Of a stretch of 64,000 nucleotides of DNA, positions 13,638-26,325 are shown one piece after another. The stretch is from Tubulanus polymorphus (Eukaryota > Animalia > Nemertea). The stretch covers positions 8,340,451-8,404,450 of the forward strand of contig NC_134035.1 in assembly GCF_964204645.1 (NCBI RefSeq), given 5' to 3'. How positions within the stretch are numbered: the stretch's first letter is position 1; each line of letters begins with the position of its first letter. The notes under the pieces were generated by a model. It did not search any database and had not been told where the DNA came from. It worked only from the letters and a program-made list of their open reading frames with translations. Position numbers and translations under genes: made by a program.

Positions 13638-14224
13638 TTAAGTTGATGAAATGTTTTCGACGATGTCGCCTTACTAATCCACATTTTCACCGTGAACATC
13701 TGCGAAACGTCATCGATCTGTTGACACTACATAAAACTGATCGACATTTACGAAAGGAAAATACCAAGAATCCTAAGATAAAGACTTATTTTCCGGGAAA
13801 ATGTGAAATATAAATATATTTTATTGATGAAATACGTAAAGATAAGATAAATATAAACGATTTCGCTTCGATGGGTATTCTTTGGGTCATCCAAATCTTC
13901 ACTTAGAATTTACACAACGTTACGGAGACAATATGTTTTGAGGGGAACTTTGAGAAAACAAAACGGTTTTGGGAAATTATAAATCGACGCATCTTAAAAA
14001 AGAGGAAAAACAAACGAACAAAATAGCTACATCCTTTGAGCATTGGCAAATACGCTATAGGTCGAGAGGTTTCACAATTCAGAGCGCGATGAATACGTAA
14101 AATGATTCCATCGGCTTGGAGTTGTCCTTTTCTCGAATATTCATTCATTTTAGTATTCATTCATTCATTCACCATAAATTTAGAAAACGGCGAAAAGTTC
14201 TGTTGAAAACGAATGAAATGCATC

Positions 14225-14272
14225 ATTGAGCCTGGTGATGGCTATCAGAATGTAGCCGAAACGTAGCTCAAT
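14225..14272 (+). ncRNA. Minimal type I hammerhead ribozyme-like motif (A6G core variant)
   Basis: Stem I ATTGAGC/GCTCAAT, core CTGGTGA, stem II GGCTA/TAGCC, then GAAAC-GTA (palindromic stem III, GUA cleavage triplet). Confidence 0.6.
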
Positions 14273-15127
14273 AATATACATTATTCATTTTCTAGACATT
14301 TCGTCTTTTTCTGGACTTACTGTCGGATTTTAGCGCGAAGAAACAATAAGCTTTTTTATTAAGAAAAGAAAATATGAAGTTTTGCACCCCCGAAATGGAT
14401 GGTACATGACGTACACGCGAATATCGCAATCTACAGAACATATAATTCAATACAACTTAGATCCCGAAGTGGAAAAGCTTTTTTTTCTTGAATAATGTCT
14501 GTTGGGTTAAACCCAAGATTCCGGTATCATCCAGCACATGTGAACTGTTCGAGTCCATCAAATCAAGCGAACACATTTCGCTTTGTTTAATAACAAATCA
14601 TGTTAATGAAATCGTGTTTAGGTTTAATGTTTTGACGGAAAGAAACAATTTTTGTTTTAAAAATACAGGAAAATGGGATCGATACATCAATCAAATTATA
14701 ATCATGAGATCACAAACGGGACTATTTACATATGACATTGTATTTGCGTTGTGAAACGCGACAAACAGTACTAAAACTTCAGTCAGTAGAAAGTAATTTT
14801 TGAAAGTAATTCTTGATATAAAATTGTCCAGTATCAGTATTCTAGACTAGCCATAACTAGCTAAAAACCAAAGATACTTGTTGAAAAAACGTATTCAAAA
14901 TTCGGCCGGAGGAAAGACAGTGTCGTCCACCGTTAGAAAAATTGTTCATACGAAAAAGTCACTTGAAATATTATGTTTCGTATAGAGGAGCCGTGTTAAC
15001 TGCGGGTGTAGAGTGAATGCAACGAGTCAAGAAGTACTATTTATGTTAACTATTTTACACTCGCATGCGTCTAATGAAATAGTTAACCTTTAAATTACTA
15101 CTCGTCTCGTTGTAAATATTATGTTTT

Positions 15128-15369
15128 GTAAGATAAAAACACACTATGTAGAAATTAAAAGAATTTTACAATCTAGAATTTGTTTATTCAAAAAATCTAA
15201 TATGTTAAATACACGATGTTTCGATCTCACCCTAGAGATCATCGTCAGGTGTGAGAGCATCTCTAGGGTGGGATCGAAACTTCGTGTATTTTACTTTTTA
15301 GATTTTTTGAATAAATAAATTCTAGATTTTAAAATTCTTTTAATTTCCACATAGTGGGTTTTTATCTTA
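15128..15369. mobile_element. Penelope-like pLTR inverted repeat (~240-bp palindrome) with central hammerhead motif
   Basis: The two arms are near-perfect reverse complements. The minus strand at 15252-15211 reads ACAC-CTGACGA-T-GATCTC/GAGATC-GAAAC-ATC-GTGT. Confidence 0.7.
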
Positions 15370-16884
15370 TTATCCGTTCTCCACGTTTGAGTGTGGTTAT
15401 CGTACTATTATGTTTTGTATTGAATATTTTACGAACATTTCAAAACAAGACTCGTGCCCACGCTTATATAAATTTTCACGCTGGAATAGATGGAAATTAT
15501 AGTGTTATAACGCAGAAATGGTTTTATACGCATATGGAAATAACGTAGAGGGAATTGTCTATTAGAGAATGTGTTCTTAGATAGTTGAAGATTCTTGAAG
15601 GAATAGAAAGCTTTGTAAACTGAAAAACGATCTAACATGAAAAATGTTCTAGAAAAATTTGCGAGAGTTTATCTCAGATAATAGAAACCTTCGTTGGTTT
15701 CCATAGACGAGTGACTGTCTGATATCAATAATGTAAAAATGCACAACAAAATAATAAAAAAAACCTATAATAAAATCTGACGTTTCGAGTCAAATCAAAT
15801 TCTGATCTTGAAAATATTAAACTTCTCTCTAGTATTTTCTCTTCATTTTAATGCGAGTTTTTACTTCGACGAAAAACCTCTGTTTTGGTAGAAATGGAGA
15901 ACACGAGTTTTGATACAACATTCACTCACGTCGCCCTTCATTCGGTCGTCCATTCCAGTTACATTTTTTATACATGTTTGTTACGGTCGAATCGTTTGAA
16001 GGATAACATCAAATTCTAGCTTAATAGATTTTGCGCTGCGTGTGTTTGTTGGTTTTAGATGATCAACACTAACCTGCTGTGTTTATTCACTCCCACTTAC
16101 ATTTTGATCAACAAACGGTGCTTACGCGCAGCCATTTTGGTGTCGTGTCATATTTCCCAATAGAAATGCACCATGTCTCAACAGGCACGGATCCAGGAGG
16201 TGTGCGTTGGGTGCTATAGCAACCCCCTTTCCGAAATTTCCTTCTTATTCAGTTTTTATTCTATCGCTACATATCAAAATACCGTTATATTTCAAAAGTA
16301 CGAGATTATAAAACAGTGCCTAAAAACGCTTACAACGCATGAAAATTAGGCCAATCTTTCAAAATGTTCTGGAGAAAGGCCAGTAGAGTAAACACCCCTA
16401 CTTTGAAAACCCGAGATCCCCCTACTCAATCGGAAGAACAATCATAAAAAAACACAATTATAACTTACGGGGATTTGCCAGCTTGGCGCATGGAGTTACA
16501 AATTTGAAACCGAGCTTATATTGAGAACTTAACTATACGCACAAAACGGTGATCTAGTATCGCATTTTAGATAGGTTGACTCCGATACTATTAGATCATC
16601 TGGACTCACCGGTTTTATTTGTTCATCTGGACATCAACTGGTTTTATTTGTTCCTTTTCAATCAATTAACCCTGGAGTAAAATGCATCTCAAAATATAGC
16701 AGCAGTCTCAGAGTTTCTGTTTACATTTCTAGACCGCGTTGCTTTCAGTTTCTGTTTTACGTTTTGTATGGGATTTTTTTTTGTGCGTAAATGTACGTTT
16801 TGTATTTTATTGGTTGGTGCATATTTCTGAACGCAAAAAAACTCTCGAATAGACTAAGGCAAATGCGTCAGGGGCTTCGGGTCA

Positions 16885-19800
16885 TCAAGAGGGTTCTGCT
16901 GAGTGCGGGTATTCACCGTAGTCGTGACCGGTAAAAAATTGGCTCAACAGGTCGAATATACAGGCCAGCGCGATGTACATCATGGCAGCCGATGAGGTGT
17001 ATTTAGAAGCTGAGCTGCTTGGCCTGAAGTATCCGTCGTATTCTTCTCGACAGTAGCCGGGTATCACAGGCGACGATGGAATCCCTAACCTAGAAATAGA
17101 GAGAAAGAAATCAAAACTGAACATTTATTTATAGAGGTCTTTATGCCATGTACTTTTTCGACGCGAACTATGGCATAATGGTTGGTGGTCAACCGCAAAA
17201 TTTAACACCACCAGAAAATAGAAATTGTCACCTTTATAACGATTCATAAGTTTTAATTTTGTGCCAAAAGAGGGATGTACGACAATTAATCGCGCTAGAG
17301 GTTTTAGTTTTAAAAATGTTAAAATCTGTACAACAATGCGGGACCTTTAGGACCTTCTCAAAATGGTGCCTGGTAACTGGAAACTTCCCTATTCACTTGA
17401 AAGCAACCCTTGAAGTTTGAAACTCTTCTGATTATCTTTTGATTATCATAATATGTAAGTCTCCAGCACTGGTTGTACTCATGGTTGGCGAACGAACTAT
17501 AATGTCACATGCAAGACCTCTACTGCTCGACGTGAAGGGCACGTTGTACTCCTGTCAATCATCGGGCGTCATGAGGCCGAAATGTGGGCGGGGTTTCACG
17601 GAGATATTCAAAAAAAATCAAATCATAAACTATTTGGATGAGTTTTATCTTGGTTCCAATAAGCCAATAGACGAATCACACGCGGCCGGGTGCCTGGATG
17701 ATAGTATATTCGGGAGGCGGTTCCAAATACTATTTTGTTCCGGGTCAAAAGCTTACATGATCATGCGACATCGCTGTTCTTCCAGCCGGAATATGGCGTC
17801 ATCTAAATCGCGGGTAGATTTTGTACTCCACAATCGTTCTGCCACGGCCGCCGCCCTCGGCCTGTTCGAAAAATTAAACAACAACACGTTTGAAGAAAAA
17901 GAAACTTAAAGTCACGGAAGATGCTTCGAAGAATTCAAGCATTTGGGTAATGAATATTTTTGAAGCGCTACGATGCCGACCAAGATTCCGCCGACTGAAA
18001 GGTTACATATAAGGTTATGAATTTGACTATAGAAACGTAAACTGAAGTTTGATAAACTTTCTAGATTACCGCAGTATTCTAAGTTTCCTCTTATTTCCAG
18101 AAACAAAATTTCGGTTTGCGTAAAGAAATAATTTGGCATTCAATTCGTCGTATAGATCTAATGAAAATCTTCATCGTCAATAGTTATAGGTTCCAATTGG
18201 ATATCATTGCCGAATTGAGAAACATTAGTATAAATTACCATAATGATCCAAAGAAATTTGACGAACCGATCTGCATTCCCCAGTGTAACATTTCACCGCC
18301 AACGACAAGGTCGTAGTCTAATATGGACCCTACAAAGACACGAGCAAAAACAATCGTTTCATACAGTCGTTTCATTTTAGAATATGCTTAGCTTTCGTCA
18401 AAAACCAGTTCATGTCATTGCGGCCGTACCATGTGGTTTTATGGTTGGGCTAATCTTATTGGTCAACAGTTCCATTAAAAATTTTAAAAGAGGTTATGCG
18501 CGGATGTCACGCGTATCTTGTACATTATTTTAGCTACATAACTGTGCATTTTCACTCAAGTTAGCCAACTGCGCTTGGTAGCTAATATCATTTGTTTACT
18601 TGTGTGGTATTTTAAAATAGTACCCAGTCCACGAAAGGACTTTTAAGTCACGGCATATAATACAAAAAAAAGTTATAAAATGACAGGTGTTTTGCTTTTA
18701 CATATAAGGTTCACATGAATTAATTATTACATAGGTTATCTTGCCTAAATATAGAGAATGTCGCACTAATGAATCGAGAACGATTAAGTCCGAAAAGTTT
18801 CCGTCAAGCGAATGATTTATTGATTCAACGTTTCGACTGTCGAATTTTCCATTCAATAAATTATTAGCCGGAAGACACCTTTCGGACTTCATCTTTTACT
18901 CGTTTTATGAGTGTGAGACTCTCTATATATTGTTAAAACACGGACATAGTGTTTCATCAATGGTTATCTTGTCTTAAGTTTCAATTTCTTTCAATATATT
19001 TTCCAAATACAATACACTGAGTTTCGAAACAAATATTGTCATTTCTGGGCATTGAGCAAATATCGAAATTCGTCGTGACAGCACTGATGGAATTCATAAA
19101 AATCTCTTGTTTGAATTGATGGAATATCAATCAGCTTTGCTGTTCCTTGCTTGAAAAGCGTAATTCAAACACTGTATGAAGGAAATGGAATGCAGATTTT
19201 TCCAAACGCAACAATTTACATTACATATATTGAATCAAAACCCAATTCATAGAGACAGCCCGAAACGTCGGGCCTCTTCGCTGCAGATTTAGTAAACAAA
19301 ATTCAAATTTGTTTTGAGTCTTTTGAATTTGTATACATTGTATGGTGCGTCTTCAATTTCATCATCTCGTCTCCACGTCTGAATACATATGGCTATTGTA
19401 CCTTATACATTATCCCTATACCAATATACCAATATACAAGTAGTACACTTGAAAGTATCATTAACTGGCTTTTGTGTAATTCGATAAAGGGAAATCCCCG
19501 AGTTATGTTCGTAAACGTATTTTGCATGCGGGGTTGGGGTATTCTTATTGAAGCCATAAAAACCGTTACAATACAGTTTATATACATTGATAACTACTAA
19601 GCCTTATTTAAGAGGTACTGTGTGGGTTGATGTGCACTCCGTCATCGATATAAGCGTTTCAAAATAACAATTACAATTGTGAAATTTGGCGTTCGATTAT
19701 GGTTACTCTATCAATTATATATCATATCAAATATCATTATATCAAATATTGATAGGCCAATATTTTAGGCCTATTTGATAAATGTCCTTTTGATGATGAA

Positions 19801-22800
19801 TGTTGATTGAATATGTCATAATGTGATCACACTGGCTGCCGGTCAATTCAATTCAATTCAGTTATTCATAAAGTCAAATTCAAAATAATTTTGTAGATCC
19901 TTAACATGATATCGTATCATTCATTGTCGATATCATAATTGTGTTTTTTATCAAGTTAGTTTACATGGTTCTAGTTACCGGTACGTACCTGGGAATTTAT
20001 GTGGATCGCAAAGATAGTCAGTTTTCCACGCGTCAGGTGAAGGGACACTCGACGTATTCCAACACGTCGAATCAATCACTCGATATTCTTGTCTGACCAC
20101 AGTTCCGATCGGATCCCGTTTCCAGTTTTTATACACCTGCACTATCACAGTTCGTCTATGCATCTATACGACAGCGAACATAGAAAAAAACAATCGGATC
20201 AATATTGATGCTAAAGTCGCGAGGCTAAAAAGCCCAATGCACACGATGCAGGGAACACGGAAAACAGAAACATGGAATTTAAAATTCAACGCACACGATG
20301 TAGGTAAACATGGAAAGAAAAAGACGCGGATTCCAACTTGTTTGATCTCGGAAACAATGTTTACCGAACCATGTTCCTCCTTTTTCGTATAGACGCGCAG
20401 GACACAGGAAACGCTCGGAAACATGTTTCTGTTTACAAGACCCACAATATTGCAGACTAAAACGACAATATTGGTTAAACTGATGTTTTGGACCGATTGC
20501 TTTTATCCCACTTATGAGATTTATTAGAAAAATGATACATTCCTTCTTTCAAATTGATCTGCGGAGGCGGGTATTGAAGCATTCTTTTCAGAAAAGTAAA
20601 TTCAACTAATTTTCGTTGTTGAACTCCGATATTGTTGGTAATATTGTAAATATTCATGAAAAACTCTACCTACGAGGTCATAGGGAGACAGTGGAACAAT
20701 AAGGCTTCATAGAGTCTTCCTTTCCTACATACGTATAGTGATATGACTTACCTTGACCCCGATATCGAGTGGGTCTTCCCAGACTATGGCGTTTTTGGCG
20801 GTCTTTTCTATCAACTTTTGGATGCGAGTGACGTAATAGCGAGCCATTTGAGACATCAATACGAGCCCGGATTTTTTCATATAATTAGAAACGGCTTCGT
20901 TGGTTTTCCTGCAAGCAAACAAGAGAAATCGGTGTTGTTTCTGCGACACTTGACAGTGGACAAGTTTTAAGTGAGCCTAGTAGCCCCCTCCGATAAAGAA
21001 AGAGTCTATAAAACTAAAATGATTTACTCTTAAAGCAACTGGATTATGGATTAATGAACAATTTAAATCGAGTTGAGAGTTAAGCCTTTATGCGAAACTG
21101 CCCCCCCCCCTTGGGTATGATCAAAGACAACCCCACATGACAGACAGATCTTAAAACTTGTTAGTATTAACTAGTAACATTGAATGAATGATGCGTTCAG
21201 TATAATGGGATACTGCCGAGATTTCTTAGTCGAATTCACGATTAAATGCACTTCGATTATCGGAGTTAGACGACTATTTGCGAACTAAGCGAAACCGATC
21301 GTCAGTTAGTCGGTTAAAGGTTTATTTATTTCGCTCTAACCAAACATTGGTATATAGTCGAGGTTACAAGAATTTGCACAATAAAATTTACAGTTTACAA
21401 AACTTAAAAAACAAGATAACAGAGATACACATAGAATAGAATAATAATAGAGATAACAGATATGTATACATGAATTTTACTTAAGTAGCGTGAGACCAGC
21501 ATTTACAAATCTAGCGAGTTTAATTAATATATTGTCATTTTCAGCATTGTGACATTTTAAAAGTGTTAGGTCTTTTTACGTAAAAAGGTGTTAGGAAAGC
21601 TCTTCGTATATTGTTAAGTTTGGAACATTCAATAAGGAAATCGGCACTATAGATACGCACGCCATCTAGTGTTATAGCTGGGTCAGCATTTGATAGCTTA
21701 CCAACACGACATGTCGAAGTCGTTCATTCCTATATGAATATATTTGTCTCGGAAAACTTCGGAGATCTCTGTGTATAAATTTTCGAGGAACGCGTAAGTC
21801 TTATTCGTCGCTGGATTGAGAATATCGTCGGCCCGTTTACTACCGTTGCAGCGAATTATCAATTCTGAAAAAAGTAGAAGCGTCGTGATGATATAAATGA
21901 CGTTCAACGGCGATCTTATATTTCCAGCACGGTTAGCAGAAACAATAACTATTGCTACTAGTGCTAAAATCCCTTTGTACTGAATATTGTTATGTAATGA
22001 TGTACTTGTCATAAAAGTTTTCTTTGACATTAAAGTTACTATATGATAGTTATTAAGTTCAATTAAAAAACAGCATGTGGCCAACATATAAACTTTTATA
22101 AAAAGAACTCAACATTTCGACTTCGGGGTGAGAAATCTGACTTCATTGACTGAAATATTTATTTAAAAAATAAAACGACTCATAAAACGCGGACTTCAGT
22201 TCAAACCAGATAGAATAAGAACATTTTGAAATTTTGCAATGCTTCTCCCGTAAGGTCATAATGTCGATATAGAATTTCTCGTATTCAATCTTCGAATCTA
22301 ACTTTTATTTCTAACATTTTTTCCATTTCTCTAAGATTAGAAATAGAAACCGATTAATTCTAGTTGCAGCGAGTATACTTACCGGGATGTGAACGGCCGA
22401 TCGAGTACGTGTGCCTGGGCGTCCCAATTTCTGGTATAACACGAATCCCTCTGAGTCTAGCGTGTTCTATCACTTCAGCTACCGAGGCAGATGAATACGT
22501 ATGATAGCTCGAATAAGCTGCCTGAAACGACGAAACACCGGAGAAAATATAGAAAAATCCCTCGGATCAGTTTCATTTCGAAGTTAATACTGGTCCATCT
22601 TCAACCTTGTAAAATAGTAACTTCCGAAATCTCGATGCACTAAATAAGACAGCCAACAAAATTCACCCCAATCAGTCGCTTGCCGGTTCAGACTGAATGG
22701 AAGATTGTTTGAATGAACCGGAACCGAATTTCCCAATTATGTACTTCGATTTAAACAAAAAAAATCAGTAAACCAGAGATCACACAACTATATCTGTACT

Positions 22801-25800
22801 TCGATTTCCGATTTCAAAATCAAGCCCCTTATTTCGCTCCCGGCAGGTGTGGTGGGTCTGCAAGGGACACTAAATCAAAACAAATCAGACGAAACCTACC
22901 AATCAAATAAACAACTGGATCAATCCCCATTTTAAGGTCGAAGGGGATCATCATATGTGTATATTGCTTCGGAGCGGAACGGCCCATTTAAGAAAAAGCA
23001 CGCGGTCGAATTCACGATTTTACATACCTGATTATGAAGCTCGGGGAATGTATTGCTTTGATAAGGGAACGACTGATCATCGATGATATGCCAGTGCAAC
23101 ACGTTGAATTTGTTGAATTCCATTGCATCCTGAGGCATGAAATGATTACAGAAAAAAAAAACATAACCAATCAACCACGGATCCATAATGATTATGACTT
23201 TAATGATATTTTTACTTCTATATATGGTAGCTGATTCGGGCCATAAAATCTTTTAACATGAACGCGATTTTCTTAATTCTCCCACGACTAAACTTCATGA
23301 ATTCTCACACGAGAAAACCAAAATGTTTTAAATTCGAAACCAAAATATTTTTCTCGCACGAGAAAACCAAGCTCTCCTTTTTTCTAAACCAAACTTTTTT
23401 GTTTTCTCGCACGAGAAAACCATTTGTTTTGAATTCTCGTGCGAGTAGAATAACAACAAAAAACCAGCGTCCATGTAAACATTTTTATCGTTCGTCTAGC
23501 CGTATCGAATTTTTCTTTCATGGTCCGAATCAGCCGCCATACTCATATTTCTGAATAGTCCTATTAGTTACAATTTGCAATGGGATACCGGCAAGGCTAC
23601 TGACGAGGGAAGTGAGGATTCGGCGATAATCGCTTGTGGCACTGGGTTACCGCGTTTCCTTCTACATCTAAATATGATTCTAATCTATCTTTCTCCTAAG
23701 TTAATCAAATTTTCAGCGAAATCTCTACCACATACACTGAGTGACAAAGCAGATCTTATATCTATTCAACGACTTGTTTGATAATTTTCGTATTTGTAAG
23801 ACTAATTAATATCAAGTTCAAAGTTCATCGAAAATGAACTGATTTTCAGTACGAATGAATGCGAGTACGAATACGAATACGAATATTTATTACACTCCGA
23901 CCATTTCCATGATATATGGAGGAAAACAGTATTTACAATAGTTACATAAACGGTAATAAAGATAACATAATAGACTGGCCGACCCAGTGTTCTGTCGCGC
24001 AATCTGGCGGTACCGGTATCCCGTATTATTTCCAGACTCTTTCTGTTCGTCGACTTGTAATTGATAACCAATTCTGTGCATTTTCGTTCGTTAAGCGCGT
24101 TTATATTTATCTATATTACTGATTAGCAAGTTATCGCAAACCAATTATCGGTGAATACACTTGTTCGCACTTACTAAGTTACGTAATAAAACGGCCACTG
24201 GAATGTAGTGTCTAGCTGTATCTACGAGTATCCCTCGATGTGAAAATCTCGGCGAATCTTCGATTTCCGTGTGGTTTATTCGAACCTGAATCATATTAGA
24301 GCACTGAACAGTGAAATTGCCATTTTTCTTTCTCGGCGGGTTTTGGGATGTCTGCTGCGCGGGTATCAGGCTGCAGAACGCTGGTAAATGTGGTAGATAT
24401 ATTGGTAGATATCCGTTAAATAGACTCGTTTGTAGGATAGATTTGTATTGGGGTTTGAAGTATATTTAAATACAACTGAAACATAACTCTAAAAACTGAT
24501 GACAGATGACTATTTCCCTCGGTATCAAAGGTTGCTCCGGTCCAAGGCTGGCTCAAATATCAAAGCAGTTTTTTAACCACTACCAGTTACTTCCAACATG
24601 GTTTGAGCAGTTTATGGATACATTTTTCTTTCAAAATTAAGAATGTGTTTTCTTTCGGATCCGAATAATAACACAAAACAACATATGCCACGGTTTCGAA
24701 TAAAACACATAATAAGCAATGGTTTTACGGGGATCGAATTCTAAGGTTCAGTCGCAGATGTGTTCGAACCTATTTGTAAACCGCTGCTGGGGACTGAAAT
24801 AACGGTCAAGATTTTCTTCTTTCTTTCTTATTCTATTTCTCGGCATTTCATATCGATGTAAAGTTGGCTCTAGCCGTCTATACGCACTATTCGAAGAATG
24901 CATTTTTGGCATTCGGGGGCAACCCGGCGAGGTTAAACGGAATTCGAGACCTCTAGACAACTGCTCGGAAATGATACTGCAATATCCGTCGCTCATAAGA
25001 ATATACGATGGTATCTAACCGTGCAAACATACCAGTCCTACTTTTCGACAAGTGGCGATGTTGGTATAAAGTTATATCAAAATAATCCGATACGCGTTAC
25101 ATTTCGAATTCGGTCTGTTAAAACATTTTCCATAAACACGCGAATTATACCAACCATTACGACGCAGCAGACATATCGCTTTATTTTGCGAAGAAATTAG
25201 AACGAGATAATACATAAAAGAAATATATGTATATATGTACTAGACGCTGGCTGGCTAGTTACCTTGTTATCCGGGCTTGCCCAGATCAGCTGACTGAATG
25301 TTGCCAATCCTCGCAATGCACCCCATACGTTTTTTGCTATGACCCGAGCAATCTTATTAGAGGAGACCTTTATATTATCTACAAATCAGCATAATATTTT
25401 TCGCATTAGGTTCAAGCAAAATACAATGAGAGGAAGTGTCTATGATGTGATTTCAGTCCGATAACACATAAACAATAACATTTCAGCTACGAATTGCCTG
25501 AGAAATGTAAAACAATTTGTTATAAATAAATCGACGACCATATTTTGATTTCTTTACATCTGACATTTGAGCAATTCTTAGGGTCAGGAATCTTAGAATC
25601 AGTTTCTGCAGATCCCTCCAAGTCTCATTTACTCTATTTGTATACTGCTTCTACATTATGCTGTAAGTTGTACTTGAAAGTAATTGATTGATCGATTGAT
25701 TGATTGATGATCGATTGATTGATCGATCGATTGATTTATTCATGACATATTTTCTTTTTACGTTAACTAGAATACGATCAGGCAGGGTTAGAAATCCCGA

Positions 25801-26325
25801 AATCAAAGTAATGAAACTAACTTGAATTCGAATAACTATGAACAATCTATAATGTCGAGAGTTTTCGCTTTTTAACTATCTAAAGTTATACATATTTAAT
25901 TATAAAGACACCAGTTGAGAGGAAGATATAGATTACTTACACGATTCTATCATATTGAATTTCGGACTGAAATCGCACTTTTTGCTCGTTACTTCAACGT
26001 GTAGACCTTTCAGAACGGGTAGAAATGCATCTTCTTGATTCGTAAAATCGTCCGGAAAGATTATCGTCTTGTATCTATTCAGACAACGAGTTTTGAATTA
26101 CTTTGCCGTTTATCTATCATTGGTATAATTTTATTATCTATGACTATGACATCCTGATCTATTTTTCCTTTTTCGACGTACAAACCTTTTTAGGGCACTG
26201 TCTACTATATCACACCCTTTTATACTGCCCGTGAACGTAAAATCGTCTTTGTTGATCGTCATCATTGTCGTCGAGTTCTTCCAAATTTTCGGCATAGGCC
26301 ACGGGGAACCAGGCGGTACTGCCTT
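16885..26325 (-). CDS. GH20 beta-hexosaminidase (HEXA/HEXB-like) homologue with degenerate active site; 5' exon(s) not located
   Basis: Phase-consistent GT-AG exons: 26325-26186, 26074-25941, 25378-25263, 24285-24175, 23129-23028, 22521-22383, 21864-21702, 20908-20752, 20163-19989, 18329-18239, 17861-17757, 17089-16885 (545 aa). Motifs: [92 protein letters not shown]. Confidence 0.92.
22660..22930 (+). repeat. Dispersed ~270-bp repeat family (core CCGGCAGGTGTGGTGGG...GGGACAC.AAATCAAAAC)
   Basis: Copies or fragments at ~8100-8270(+), 31130-31240(+), 37240-37410(-), 37480-37740(-), 52660-52715(-) and 53330-53580(-). Confidence 0.75.

Noticed and set aside
23300-23450. Spaced repeats TTCTCGCACGAGAAAACCA resembling a CRISPR array
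   Set aside because: Four degenerate copies with related AT-rich spacers in a eukaryotic intron and no cas genes; this is a minisatellite or MITE relic.
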